DNA of 64,000 nucleotides from Octopus vulgaris (lineage: Eukaryota), in NCBI GenBank assembly GCA_951406725.2, contig OX597817.1, forward strand, positions 38,316,001-38,380,000, given 5' to 3'. Below, piece by piece: positions 38,935-51,388 of this stretch. Positions within the stretch are counted from its first letter, which is position 1. Each line of letters opens with the position of its first letter. The notes below the pieces were generated by a model that did not search any database, was not told the origin of the DNA, and saw nothing but the letters and a program-made list of their open reading frames with translations. Position numbers and translations under genes: made by a program.

Positions 38935-39082
38935 CAAAATTTTCGCTGCGTTAGTTTTGAATTATGACATTGGGCTATGTGTGTGTCAAGTTTCATCAGA
39001 ATCGGTTGAAAGCCGTGGTCAGGGTGAGGGTACAACCTAACAGACACACAGACAGACAAACTGCCGTTTATATAGAGAGAGA
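38935..39082 (-). mobile_element. Helitron-like 5' end fragment
   Basis: Minus strand starts TCTCTCTCTATATAAACGGCAGTTTGTCTGTCTGTGTGTCTG...gatgaaacttg. Confidence 0.45.
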
Positions 39083-39097
39083 TAAGTATAAATAGAC

Positions 39098-39143
<46 letters not shown>

Positions 39144-39154
39144 CATATATTTAT

Positions 39155-39230
<76 letters not shown>

Positions 39231-39539
39231 GTAGATGTGCATGTGAATGCGTATGTGTACATGTAGAAGGGTGAAGAAAAAAGGCCGAATAAGTTCCTTA
39301 TTGGCCCAAGCATTTGTGGATTGTGTGTTCAAATCCGCTAATGGCGTTTTGTTATGTTTCTGGGCACTTAACTGTCGGGAACAGGTACCACTGATCAATC
39401 TGCAGAAAGGTCAATAGACCTGATCACCTATTGATACATACCTCTGATCACGAAAGGTCAAGCAGCGGACTCTATCACGCAAATGACTCACAACATTTTA
39501 TACACTCTACTGTCCCACTTCTTTTACTCCCTTTCCCTA

Positions 39540-39626
<87 letters not shown>

Positions 39627-39647
39627 ATGTATATATGTGTGTGTGTG

Positions 39648-39765
<118 letters not shown>

Positions 39766-39891
39766 GAAGCGTGTGTATCTGTATGCGTGCACGCACGTGT
39801 ATCTACGTTTAAACGTTTGTGAAAAGTATCTCGAAGCAAATTCAGCTACATACGTACAATAGCTATAATACATTGGATTAAAAATACTTAC

Positions 39892-39922
<31 letters not shown>

Positions 39923-40171
39923 TATTCTTTGATTCTTTTATTTTTTTACTTGTTTCAGTCATTTGGCTGTGGCCATACTGGAGCACTGCCTTGAAGGCTT
40001 TTAATCGAACAAATTGATCCCAGGACTTATTCCTTAAGCATAGTACTTATTCTATGGGTATCTTATGCCGAACTGCTAAGTTGCTGGGATGTAAACACAC
40101 CAACACCAGTTGTCAAGCGGTGATGGGAGTCAAACAGATACAAAGACATGCACTCATACATATATATATAC

Positions 40172-40432
<261 letters not shown>

Positions 40433-40498
40433 ATATATATATATATGGAAATAAGAACCAAGGTAGAAAATGCTAAAATAATTTTATAAAAAACATTT

Positions 40499-40534
40499 CA
40501 GTACCGGTTTCAGTCATTGAAACCTTTTCAACTG
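40499..40534 (-). ncRNA. Minimal hammerhead motif with U3:A8 core variant, palindromic stem III
   Basis: Minus strand: cag UUGAAAA gguu ucaau gacu GAA ACCGGU A cug. Confidence 0.6.
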
Positions 40535-40696
40535 TAAGTACGGAAAACAATTAAATTTTGGAAAAATTAAAAGAAAAGTTTTTTAAAAGAATATTACATA
40601 GTATTCAAATACAAGGGGCATTTTCCTTGTTTCTGCCTGTCTCTGTCTCTCTTGTTTACTCTTGAGGGTTCGAGGTCGTTGTGAATATAATATATA

Positions 40697-40932
40697 TAGT
40701 ATTAATAAATAGTAGGAGATGGATTTCGTATCAGACTTTTATTAGGTACAACATATATTTCGACCCATCAGTCTTTCAGGTACATTGATAAACAAATCTC
40801 ACTAGAGATTTTCAACATCGGCTGGCTTGTTGTTATATGCTCATCAAGTTCGAGAATGAATAAAAACAAAAAAATATAGAAACGCAAAAAATTCAAATAT
40901 GAACGTGGAAAGCATACGTTCAAGTTTAAATA
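40697..40932 (-). mobile_element. ~235-bp HHR-bearing repeat, copy 1 (HHR 40746-40783 has a deletion removing part of the core and stem II)
   Basis: Direct repeat of 41985-42235. Confidence 0.75.
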
Positions 40933-40935
40933 TAA

Positions 40936-40980
40936 CTAGCAGAGATACCCGGCGTTGCTCGGGATTAAAACGGCATAATT
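40936..40980 (-). mobile_element. Helitron-like 3' terminus
   Basis: Minus strand cccgagcaacgccggg hairpin followed by tatctctgCTAG|T. Same terminus type as 16192-16220. Confidence 0.6.
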
Positions 40981-40996
40981 TGTATGTGTGTGTGTG

Positions 40997-41535
40997 CAAG
41001 GGCAAAATAAATCGAGATGGTGACTGCACTCCAGAAATAAGACGGCGGATAGTACTAGGCAGAGAGGCAATGGTCAGCATGAGCAGGGTCTGGAAGAGTA
41101 GAGACATCAGACTCGCTACCAAATGCAGATTGGTGAATGCAATTGTCTTCCCAATAGCAACATATGGATGCGAGACCTGGACACTAAAGAAAGCTGACCA
41201 GAAGAGAATTAATGCATTCGAGCTTTGGTGTTGGAGAAGACTTTTACGAATTCTATGGACAGCAAGGCTCACGAATGGAGAAATGTCGCTAGAAGCTAGG
41301 ATCACCAAGCATAGATTGGCATATTTTGGTCATATTATGCGGAGAAAATCCTTAGAGAAGGACATCATGCTCGGAATGAGAGGAAGAGGCCGACCAAGAA
41401 CCCGCTGGCTTGACACCATCAAGAGTGATACCGGAATGGACATAGCCAATCTGAAAGAAGCGGCCCAGGATAGAACTGACTGGAGGACTCTGATCCATCG
41501 AGTAACCGAGAGTCGACTTCGACTGAGCGGATAGA
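40997..41535 (+). mobile_element. 5'-truncated RTE-clade LINE 3' end
   Basis: EIRRRIVLG, IVFPIATYGCETWTL, INAFELWCWRRLLRI, LAYFGHIMR, RGRGRPRTRWLD, AAQDRTDWR. Confidence 0.93.
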
Positions 41536-41814
41536 TACATAGTGTGTATGTGTGTGTGTGTGTGTATTACATTCATGTTGAAACAGGTGGTACAAGAAGT
41601 GCAGCAATGACGACAAGACATTTGTGGAATAGATGTTAAAGCTTTGCATAAACAACAACTTGAGTTTAGCACATCAGTTTGGACAGAATTATCATTTTTA
41701 TAAGAATGGGATGGATCGTATCTGAAAGCAGTTCCAGATGTTGTGAAGAACGAATTTGTGCATGGTTTGTTTCAGAGAGTATATATATGTGCGTGTGTAT
41801 GTGTGCGTGCGTGC

Positions 41815-41865
<51 letters not shown>

Positions 41866-41866
41866 C

Positions 41867-41931
<65 letters not shown>

Positions 41932-41984
41932 CGTGCGTGTGTGTGTTTGTGTGTGTGTATGTGTATGTGTGTGTGCGTGTGTAG

Positions 41985-42235
41985 TAGTATTAATTAATAG
42001 TAGAAGATGGATTTCGTATTAGACTTTTATCAGATACAACACATGTTTCGACCCATCAGTCTGGGTCTCTTCAGGTACATTGATAAAGAAGTCTCACGAG
42101 AGATTTTTAATGTCGGCTGACTTGCTGTTATATGCCCATCAAGTTCGAGAATGAATAAAAACAAAATATATGATAGAAATGCAAAAAAAAAAAAATCAAA
42201 TATGAGCATAGAAAGCATACGTTCAAGTTTAGATA
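41985..42235 (-). mobile_element. ~250-bp HHR-bearing repeat, copy 2
   Basis: Direct repeat of 40697-40932, abutting (GT)n. Confidence 0.75.
42034..42078 (-). ncRNA. Canonical-core minimal type I hammerhead ribozyme
   Basis: Minus strand: guac CUGAAGA gaccca gacuga uggguc GAA ACAUGUGU U guau. Perfect 6-bp stem II, GUU site. Confidence 0.75.
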
Positions 42236-42563
42236 AAATGACGAAATCAGCTTTCGCTGTCATAATTGCTTAGAAGAAAAAGAGAGTAGAAGGTGTAAGG
42301 AAGATTAATACTTATTCAAACCCCAAAGAATCCCTCTCAACACATGGCTATGATGCTCCCCCACTACTTCTGCTCGTGATCAGAGATGCACATATCGTCA
42401 GCCACCAAGGACATGCTCAACCTGTTATGGTCAAACAACTGACAAGTAAATCTGTGGTATTGAACAGAATATTTGCTGTAACCCGTCTTTTATACCAAGA
42501 CAAAACAATGTACATGATAACACTTCCAATCAGTTAAGACCAGAAGCCATGAGAGCCACTACC

Positions 42564-42607
<44 letters not shown>

Positions 42608-43899
42608 TATCATCATCATTATTACCGTCTGCCGAGCAAGCTACGCTTAACAACGGCACTGAATTTTTTTGTAAACAAATCGAATATGAATCACAACAAA
42701 CTGTTGCATTGAGTTTTGAAATATGTGACATCGTGGAAGATGAGTTGTTTACCGCCGACTGGTGAGTTTGTTTTCGTACGCTGTCCCCCATTCTAGGGGA
42801 ACCGCTCGATTTAATCTTGTTTCTGTAATGAAATTCTTTGTTTTCTTCCTCCATGGAGAAAGCATCAGACGAGACAGTGAACATTAATTATGAGAGAGGA
42901 AGAGAGAGAAGCGTTACCAGAACGTTGTGAAGAGAATGTGATTGGGATATGCTACGTCACTGCTGCGAAAACAGACGACGACGTAAAGTACAGCAAATTT
43001 GAAAATAAACAAAAAATGGAAAATGTTAATAAAAACACTAATAACAACAGCAACAGCAGCCACAACAACAAGCAATTTGAAGATAAATAGAAAATGAAAA
43101 ATTTTAACAAAAACATTGAAGACACATTTTTAGTTTGAGGACGAACTAAAAATGAAAATTTTTAACAAACATCGAAGCCACCATCACCACTACCACCTCC
43201 AACAACAACAACAACAACAGCAACAATAACAAAATCTTTCGCCGAAATTACTCAACTGAGATGCGTGAAACATCAGTATCACAATTTCTTTTCTTTTTAC
43301 GTGTGTATACTATGCATACTTCTTTCTTTTATTTTTACCGTATACTGTGTATACCTTTCACATATTTTATATCATTTTATTCTATGTAAACTCCAACGCT
43401 CTGTCTGACTTTACATTGTCTCTCTCATCCGTCGCTCTAGTAGCAAATAAAAGAAATCATTATTGGATGACACGTCTTCAGTAAAGCCCTCAACGACTTT
43501 TCTAAGCTCCACTTCGAACGAAAAATGAGAGTTGAGAGGGAGATGCTTCATCCCAGTGAATTTGTGAAAAGAAAAGAAACTGTGGAAAAATTGATTAGAA
43601 TGAATGGCCCTACAATAAGCATGCCCCGATAGATTAGAGAACAACAGTTGGGAAAGGGCTCGTGCCTTTGGTAGCCAGAGTAACCCTGGATCTGTGGGCG
43701 TCTTTGATGAAGTTTCTCCTGTATCAGAACTGTATCACTAACGTTATCACATACTTTGTATATTTTTATCGCTTTTTACCGTCTTTTCTATTTCTTTTGC
43801 CTCGTCCTATTTTTATAATTATAAGACAGTCCGAAACCAGGCGAGAAGCCACTTAGTGCAAGGTTCTATGATGAAGGAGAAATTAAGACGAGAGGAATT

Positions 43900-44280
43900 A
43901 ATATACTTTAGAATCGAAAGAGTTTGGGTCATACGAAAGAGAAAAACAATGACGTGCAAGAGAGTCTAGAAGTCTGGCAGAGAAGCTACGCCTGTCGTGG
44001 AAGTACAACAGCATTTAGATGAAGATGCTGAGTAAAGTAACCTGAAATTATGAGAGAAAATTCATTAGAGCACTTCCTGTGGTAATAACGATAGAAAAGA
44101 CTAGCGACATCATATCGATGTAACAAGGGTTGCAGAGTTGATGCAAAAATTAGACACGTTTTTGAACTTAGACGAGGAGATGCAAGTGACAAGATGGTGA
44201 ACCTACCCAAATATGGTAAGAGTATTCCATACAAGGGTCAATTGTGGACTTGTAAAGATACAAAATGACATCGGATGTGA
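43900..44280 (-). pseudogene. Decayed LINE C-terminal fragment (Jockey/CR1 group)
   Basis: LQPLLHRYDVASLFYRYYHRKCSNE resembles the LQPLSHRRxVASLxxFYRYYHGxCS motif. Upstream LYKSTI.P.MEY remnant. Confidence 0.55.
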
Positions 44281-44309
44281 GGAAGACCTCTGATCTTATC
44301 CCCAAATCA

Positions 44310-44444
44310 CACTGACGTACAGAGTGCTCAATGGCAGCCGATTTATTATATACGCATTTTTGCTATTGTGCAAGGTACGCTACGTTTAAGGAAGGAGCCA
44401 ATTTAGCTACTGCACAGGGCTGCCAAAACCACGCTACGTCAATT
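44310..44444. mobile_element. hAT-like MITE, degenerate copy
   Basis: Homologous to 46482-46627. 8-bp TSD ccaaatca at 44302-44309 and 44445-44452. Confidence 0.7.
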
Positions 44445-45032
44445 CCAAATCAGAGACCATTAATATCGCCAATACTCATCATGACTACCCGTCTGATAAG
44501 GGTACTCAAGCACACAACCATATGAGTGCATCACAACCATATGTGCGCGACATGGTGGTCTCATATCAAGATAAACAGCATATAACCTTGCAGATGTGGC
44601 CCAGTTAGAATTTTCTTCAGATAGAGTCGCCCATCTTGATCAAAAGGTAACTGTATAAGGTTAATTTAAGGATGACAAACGAAACATCCATGTTTCGAGA
44701 GGTGAATTATTCAAACCCCAAAGAATTCCCCCAACACACGGCTATGATGCTCCCCCACTATTCCTGCTTCTGACCAGAGATGAACATATCGTTAACTACT
44801 AAGGGAGATGGCTGAGGTCAAGCAAATCTGTGGTATTGGGCACAATATTTGTTGTGGCCTATCTTTTATACCAAGACAAAACAATATACATGATAACACT
44901 TTCAATCAGTTAAGATCAGAAACATTGAGAGCCACTGCTTGGTACTGCATCAGGGCATTTATTATCATCATCATCATCAGTAGTAGTAGTAGCAGCAGTA
45001 GTAGTAGTAGCAGCAGCAGCAGTAGTAGTAGT

Positions 45033-45105
<73 letters not shown>

Positions 45106-45342
45106 AGGCGGTGAACTGGCAGAATCGTTAGCCGGCCGAGTAAAATACTTAGCGGTTATTTCGCCCGTCTTTATGTTCTGAGTTCAAATTTCACCGAAGT
45201 CGACTTCGCTTTTCATCCTTTCAGAGTCGATAAAATTAGTACTAGTCAAGCACCGGGGACGATGTAATCGACTTAACCTCTCACCTTAAATGGCTGGCCA
45301 TGTACCAAAATTTGAAACCATTCTTGTTTCTGTTGTTGTTGT

Positions 45343-45386
<44 letters not shown>

Positions 45387-45454
45387 GTGCTGCTTAATGC
45401 AGCTCATAACAAACATTCTTCATACGCTAACAAACATTCTCATACGCTAACATT

Positions 45455-46160
45455 CATCATTCAGATTTCGAGGTCTCTGCAGAAAATTCGTGCTGTTTTA
45501 AGCAATGTTATTTTCTGTTGTTGCTCTATCTTCCCATTTACTCCTATATTTTCAATCCAGTTTGTGAGCTTGGTTATTATAGTTCTCGGAGCTCTAACAA
45601 TATCAGGTACAACACTAAACTTCTTCAGTGGCCACAGTTTTTTGATCTATTTCAAATCAATCATATCTACTGTTTCTCTTTTCGATACTGTCATCACCGT
45701 GCAATATCTATGATTAAACAGGTCTTTTTTTTTCTCTCGTCTTTATTCACAAGCACTCTGCCCAGCTTTCCTTGTTCAATTTCATGATCATGTTGGATCA
45801 TTTATATTCCACTCTGTCGTTACATTGTAATTCTCCTTCTGGTGTTTACCCATAACACGTCTTTACTTTATCCAATTCATATTTGCCACACAACTTTCAA
45901 TGAATCATTTTTACATTATCATGTCTTTCTTTTTTTTTTTTGTATTTTTTAGAGCAGCTTCATGCATAATACGCCATACAGTCTCACCTTTCTCACCACA
46001 CACTTTCTGCAGCATTGTCAATCCTGCATTTGGTATAATTTGTCTTAAGTGCCTGTTCCTGCGCAGCACAGAAAATCACTTATGCCTTTGATTTCAAGTC
46101 ACCCTTCTTTACCTACTACCTCCTTCCAAAGGCATCTGCATCTCAGTTATGCCCCTTTAT
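45455..46160 (-). pseudogene. Decayed R4/Dong-like (restriction-like endonuclease) LINE 3' region
   Basis: Minus-strand remnants CRKCGEKGETVWRI (Zn knuckle), KKTCLIIDIA, VVPDIVRA, QKITLLKTARI. Confidence 0.65.
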
Positions 46161-46481
46161 ATTCTGAGTTCAAATCCTGCTAGTATACGTATTGCTTCTC
46201 CTTTCGAAGATCAATAAAATAAATTTCCAAGGAAGCACACATCGCTCGCGCTCGCACACACACTCATATACACACATTTTAGAAATCAATTTTTTTAGCT
46301 CACAAACCGAGAAGCCAAAGAAAAAAAAAGGTTTTTCACGTTTTAAGTTCAAATCTAACGAAGATCAACATTGTTAATCAATTCTTCCGTTATTGATACA
46401 ATATATAGTAGTCTAGGACTAGAATCTGGCAAATCAGTAATAGCTCCACCCTTCAAATACTTTGATCTTATGCCCAAATCC

Positions 46482-46627
46482 CAGTGACGTAGCGTGGGTG
46501 TACAAAATGTGCAACGGTGACCGGTTTATTGTAAATGCACTTTTGATTTTGTTGAAGGTTTGTTACGTTTAAGGAAGCGGCCAATTTGGCTACCGCACAG
46601 GGCTGCCGAAACCACGCTACGTCACTG
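46482..46627. mobile_element. 146-bp hAT-like MITE
   Basis: Perfect 16-bp TIR CAGTGACGTAGCGTGG / CCACGCTACGTCACTG. TSD ccaaatcc / ccaaatca (7 of 8 match). Confidence 0.85.
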
Positions 46628-48521
46628 CCAAATCAGATAGCATCAATATCGTCAATTCCATAAACGTCAAGCCAGTGTAGGTTCCTCAACAGGCTTGCCC
46701 AATCTGCAAAAAGGTACTCATGAAATCACCATATTTGCTTCCAATAAAGAAGGTCATAATAGTCAGCGTAGTCCTATATATTTCTATAATGACAGGAAGC
46801 CCACGACTGGAAAAACCTTTGATCTGGGTTGATGTGAGGCTAAACAAACAAGTGATAACTGCTAAAAAATAGCAAAATACTTTTCTGAGAAAAAATTTTA
46901 CAAAAGAAATAGCACATTGAACAATCTAGATCGAAATATATAAAAATATATGATGGTTACGGTTTGGACGTATTTTATTATAGGTTTACCCGATTAGGGT
47001 GGATCTATGTGGCTAAACAATGTTAACGTCAATACTGTGCTGTGTGTGTGGAACCTAGAAGATACACATAACTAGGGGAAGTAATCTTAAACCAACAACA
47101 ATTCAACAAACAGCCCAACATTTTGTTTCGGATGGTGGCGTGTAAATGATCCTGGTTGCTCGTAAGTGTATGTATGTATGTATGTATGTATGTATGTATG
47201 TATGTACGCATGTATGTATATGTGTGTGTATATGTGTATGTACATCTCCAGCATCGAGACACCAAATCACGTTATTTCGACCTTCCTTGGTTTTATCAAT
47301 GATGGACGTTCGACCGCTAGCGATATAAACAAGAGTACATTTTACACTAAAAGTCAATGAGACTTTCTTCCATTGTACCTACCACAGTATAGTTTGTTGT
47401 AACAGGACATCCGCGTTTAAGTGGGGTTAAGTATATGTATGTATTTGTGTGAATGAATACTTTTCTTCGAGATTTATTTAAGTTCTTAATAGAGTTTCAA
47501 GTGAAAACAAAACAGTTTTCAGGGTTTGCACCTGCATTGTGAACATGTCTCTTTAGTATTTAAGTGCTTGTGTGCGCGTGAGAGCTTGTGTATGCGCGCA
47601 AGCGTATGCGTGTGTGTGTGCCTGCGTCTATATATGTACATCTGTATGTATGTCTTCATCCCGGAATTTGCAATACAACAGCATTAAGTGTCACATGTTG
47701 AAAATTTTTGCATATTTTTACCGTTCCATTTACAAATTGCATTTGTAAAGTGCAAGCTAACCAGTCTCTTTTATTTATTTATTGTATTTATTTATTTAGT
47801 TTTCATTTGCCTGTAAATCCTACCTTTTCCAGATTGGCACTAGACGTTTGATAACATTCGCGAGTGCACCAATTATATATGTATGCTCTCAGTTTCTTAA
47901 AAATTCATTAATGTTTTTCCAAAAAGCAGGGAACTGGTTTCTAAGAAACTGTCGTTAGAATGTGAATAACAATGACAAAAATAGCTACTTATCGAACTTT
48001 CAGTAAATCTTGCACATTTTCACTATTCCAATTACAGATTGCATCTGTAAAGTTCGTGTAAGTTGTTCTTTTTGGTTAATTCTAAACTTTTACACACCGT
48101 CCAGATTGCCGCGAGTGTATGTATGTATGTATGTATGTATGTATTTATGTATGTATTTAGGTACGTATGTATGTGTGCGTGTCTGCATGCATGTGTGTAT
48201 GTATGTATGTATGTATGTATGTATGTATGTATGTATGTATGTATGTATGTATGTATGTATGTATGTGTTCGAGGTTCTATATCAGATTTATTTGTGCAGA
48301 ATGTAGTGTTTGAAAAAACTTTACATAGTGCATGTGTGTGTGAGAGGGAGAGAAAGAGAAAGAACTAAGAGAGAGGGAGGGGTAGGAGGTTGTTATACAT
48401 ACCCATGAAAATATATTCAGACGATAAAGTCAGGTGACTGGGAGTAAAAGGAAATGGTAGGCCAGATAGACTGGCAGATGGATTCTCTTTGAGACAGACA
48501 AAGATAGGCAGTGAGATAGGC

Positions 48522-48601
<80 letters not shown>

Positions 48602-48771
48602 GACATACACACTATTCTCTTACTTTTTCTTACTTCTTCACGCACACACACACACACACACACACACATAAACTCATACCGCAGTTCATACACATACGAA
48701 TGTATGTGTACAAGAGTTTTTCATACGGAGAAAACAGATAGGTAGAGTGATAAAAAGCACGTGTTTTATAT

Positions 48772-48873
<102 letters not shown>

Positions 48874-49801
48874 TGTGTGTGTGTGTGCATGCAGTTAGCT
48901 AAATAAGAAAAAGTAGATAAGAAAATAGAAGTGAAGAAAAAAAATTCTCTGAGAGGCCATGGTGGGGGCGTGAATGAACGTTAAGAAAACCGAGATAAGC
49001 AGGCTGAATTAAGAAAACAAAATATTTAGATACATAGCGATAGACGTGCAGCTTACGAGGAACGACACCGGATGTTGGTGTTTACTAGTCGACCGAATCA
49101 CGTGACCAATCCCACTATTTTTGTGTGTCGATAGTTCTCTTTTACTTCCTACTGGTGATGATGATAGCGATGCTGGTGCAGATGGTATTGGTGGTGGTGG
49201 TGGAAGAGGGGAGGGGTCTTTATGTTATTGTTGGTGGTGGGGTGGTTTTGGTGAGGATGGTACTGATGAGGGCGGTGGGAGAATTCACGTTGTTGCTATT
49301 GAAGATGGTGGTGGTGGTGGTGTAGATGCAGGAGGGGGTGTCTTTATGTTGTTATTAAACATAGTGCTGGAGGTGAAGGCGGCAGCGGAGTTTTGTTGCT
49401 GTTGTTTTGTACCAGGTTGTCCCCGACTGAGCAATTTTTCGATCATAGACATTCCAGCCGTGACCTTCCAGTCTTCATAGCTTTATGACTGCGATATACA
49501 ATGTGTTTTTCAAAATGATGAGATGCAATTTGTAGGAACATGGCTTACTTTACCAGGGGATCGAGTGACCAAGCTTTTGAGGTTGTTATAATTAGTTGCG
49601 GCTGGTGGTGGTGGTGGAAGTGTGATGACAGTGATGGAGTTTGTTACCAATGGTGGAGATGGATCTGGTGAGACGATGGTAGTGGTGGTGGTGATCTGTT
49701 TTAGTGGTGGTGGTGATCTGGTAGTGGTAGTGATAGTGATCTGATGACAGTGATGTAGTCTATTGCAGTTGTGCTTCATGTCCTTATTTCTGTTGTTGTA
49801 G

Positions 49802-49868
<67 letters not shown>

Positions 49869-49966
49869 GGTGGTGGTGGTGGTGGTGGTGGTGGTGGTGG
49901 TGGTAATCATTATGCCTGCCGTGTTGGTGTGGCTGCTGTTATTGTTGTTGCTATTACTACTACTAT

Positions 49967-50028
<62 letters not shown>

Positions 50029-51351
50029 TTGGCATTTACTGGTGATTATCATATTAAACATTAACTAAAATATTTATGGCGGCGAGTAGACTAAGCGAAG
50101 AATCATTTATTCTGGTAATTATCCAGCTTATCTAGTAAAATTATCATAATGTTCGTTTCTTTATGATTAGGCACAAGGCCTAAATTTTTAAGGGAGAAAC
50201 TGATGTGATGGCTTTCATGATTTCTCGTGGCTTCCAAACTGTGATTGGAACTTCGTCGCAGCAGACCCAACTTGTTGGGAATTTCTGTCTTGTTCTACAA
50301 CGTTAGTCACAAAACTTTCGAAATGCTCGTTTCCCTTTTGATTAAAAATTAGGTCATTCCTAGATTTCCCGACAAAAGTTAAAGTAGTCGAGTAATTCGA
50401 CACCAGTATATCACCGGTATTACCGGCATGTCGAGCCTGAGAAGAAACTAAATGTTCTCTTGCGTGTAGTTCGTCTCTTAACTCAACCCTTTCCCACTAC
50501 ACACGCGTGCGCACGCGCACACACAAATATTTGTTTCTTCATTGTTAATTATTAACAGCCATTAAACCAGGGAGCCACACTTTTAAAGAATTATTTTTTG
50601 ACAGTCATTAAAGACTCGAAATTACTTACTTTAACAAGGTACATATTTTATCCTTATCCTTTTTTTTCTTGTTTTGTACAACACTTTTTTTAAATTGGTG
50701 TTGTACTATAAGCATAAACACGAATACGTACATGACATATAGCCAAATAGCTACACAGTTGCCGTCTGTGAAATTCTGCTCACAGAACATTGACCAAATT
50801 ATACATGTTCCCGGACTTCTTTTCCTCTTCTTTCTTTTTAGTTGGGACTATATAGTTGATTAAAGGTAACTCAGTATTTTACTGGTACCTATTTCATATG
50901 TTTAGTAAGTGTTGTAAACCAAAGTCGAACGTGATTTGAACTGAGAATGAAAAGTTAAGAAACTAAATTGTATAAGGTATTTATCGTGGTTCTTCCCGTT
51001 TGGGCTAACTCGCCGCCCAATAAAGTTTAATAAGGTCAGTTTGTACGTGTATTTCCCGAGTTTTTACAAGGATCGCAGGGCACAATAACCTGATTGTTTA
51101 CCATTTGTAATTTGGTTGCCAGTTACTCATGGTTTTCATTGCCACTATCAAAGAGGACAATAATTGTTTTAATTTAGAAGCAAGGCCACCAATTCTGAGA
51201 GAAACTTAACTGATACTTTATTTCATCGACCTCGAAGAGATAGAAGGCAAAGAAGACATCGGCGGAATTTGAGCCAGAATGAATAACGCACACCAATTTT
51301 TTCCGACGCTCTAACGATCCTGTCCGTTCGCTACCTAAGAAAGAACAATAA

Positions 51352-51388
<37 letters not shown>

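Noticed and set aside
49121-49780. Gly/His/Thr-rich ORFs as exons
   Set aside because: They derive from decayed (GGT)n tracts plus a family C SINE, with stops in the alternative frames.
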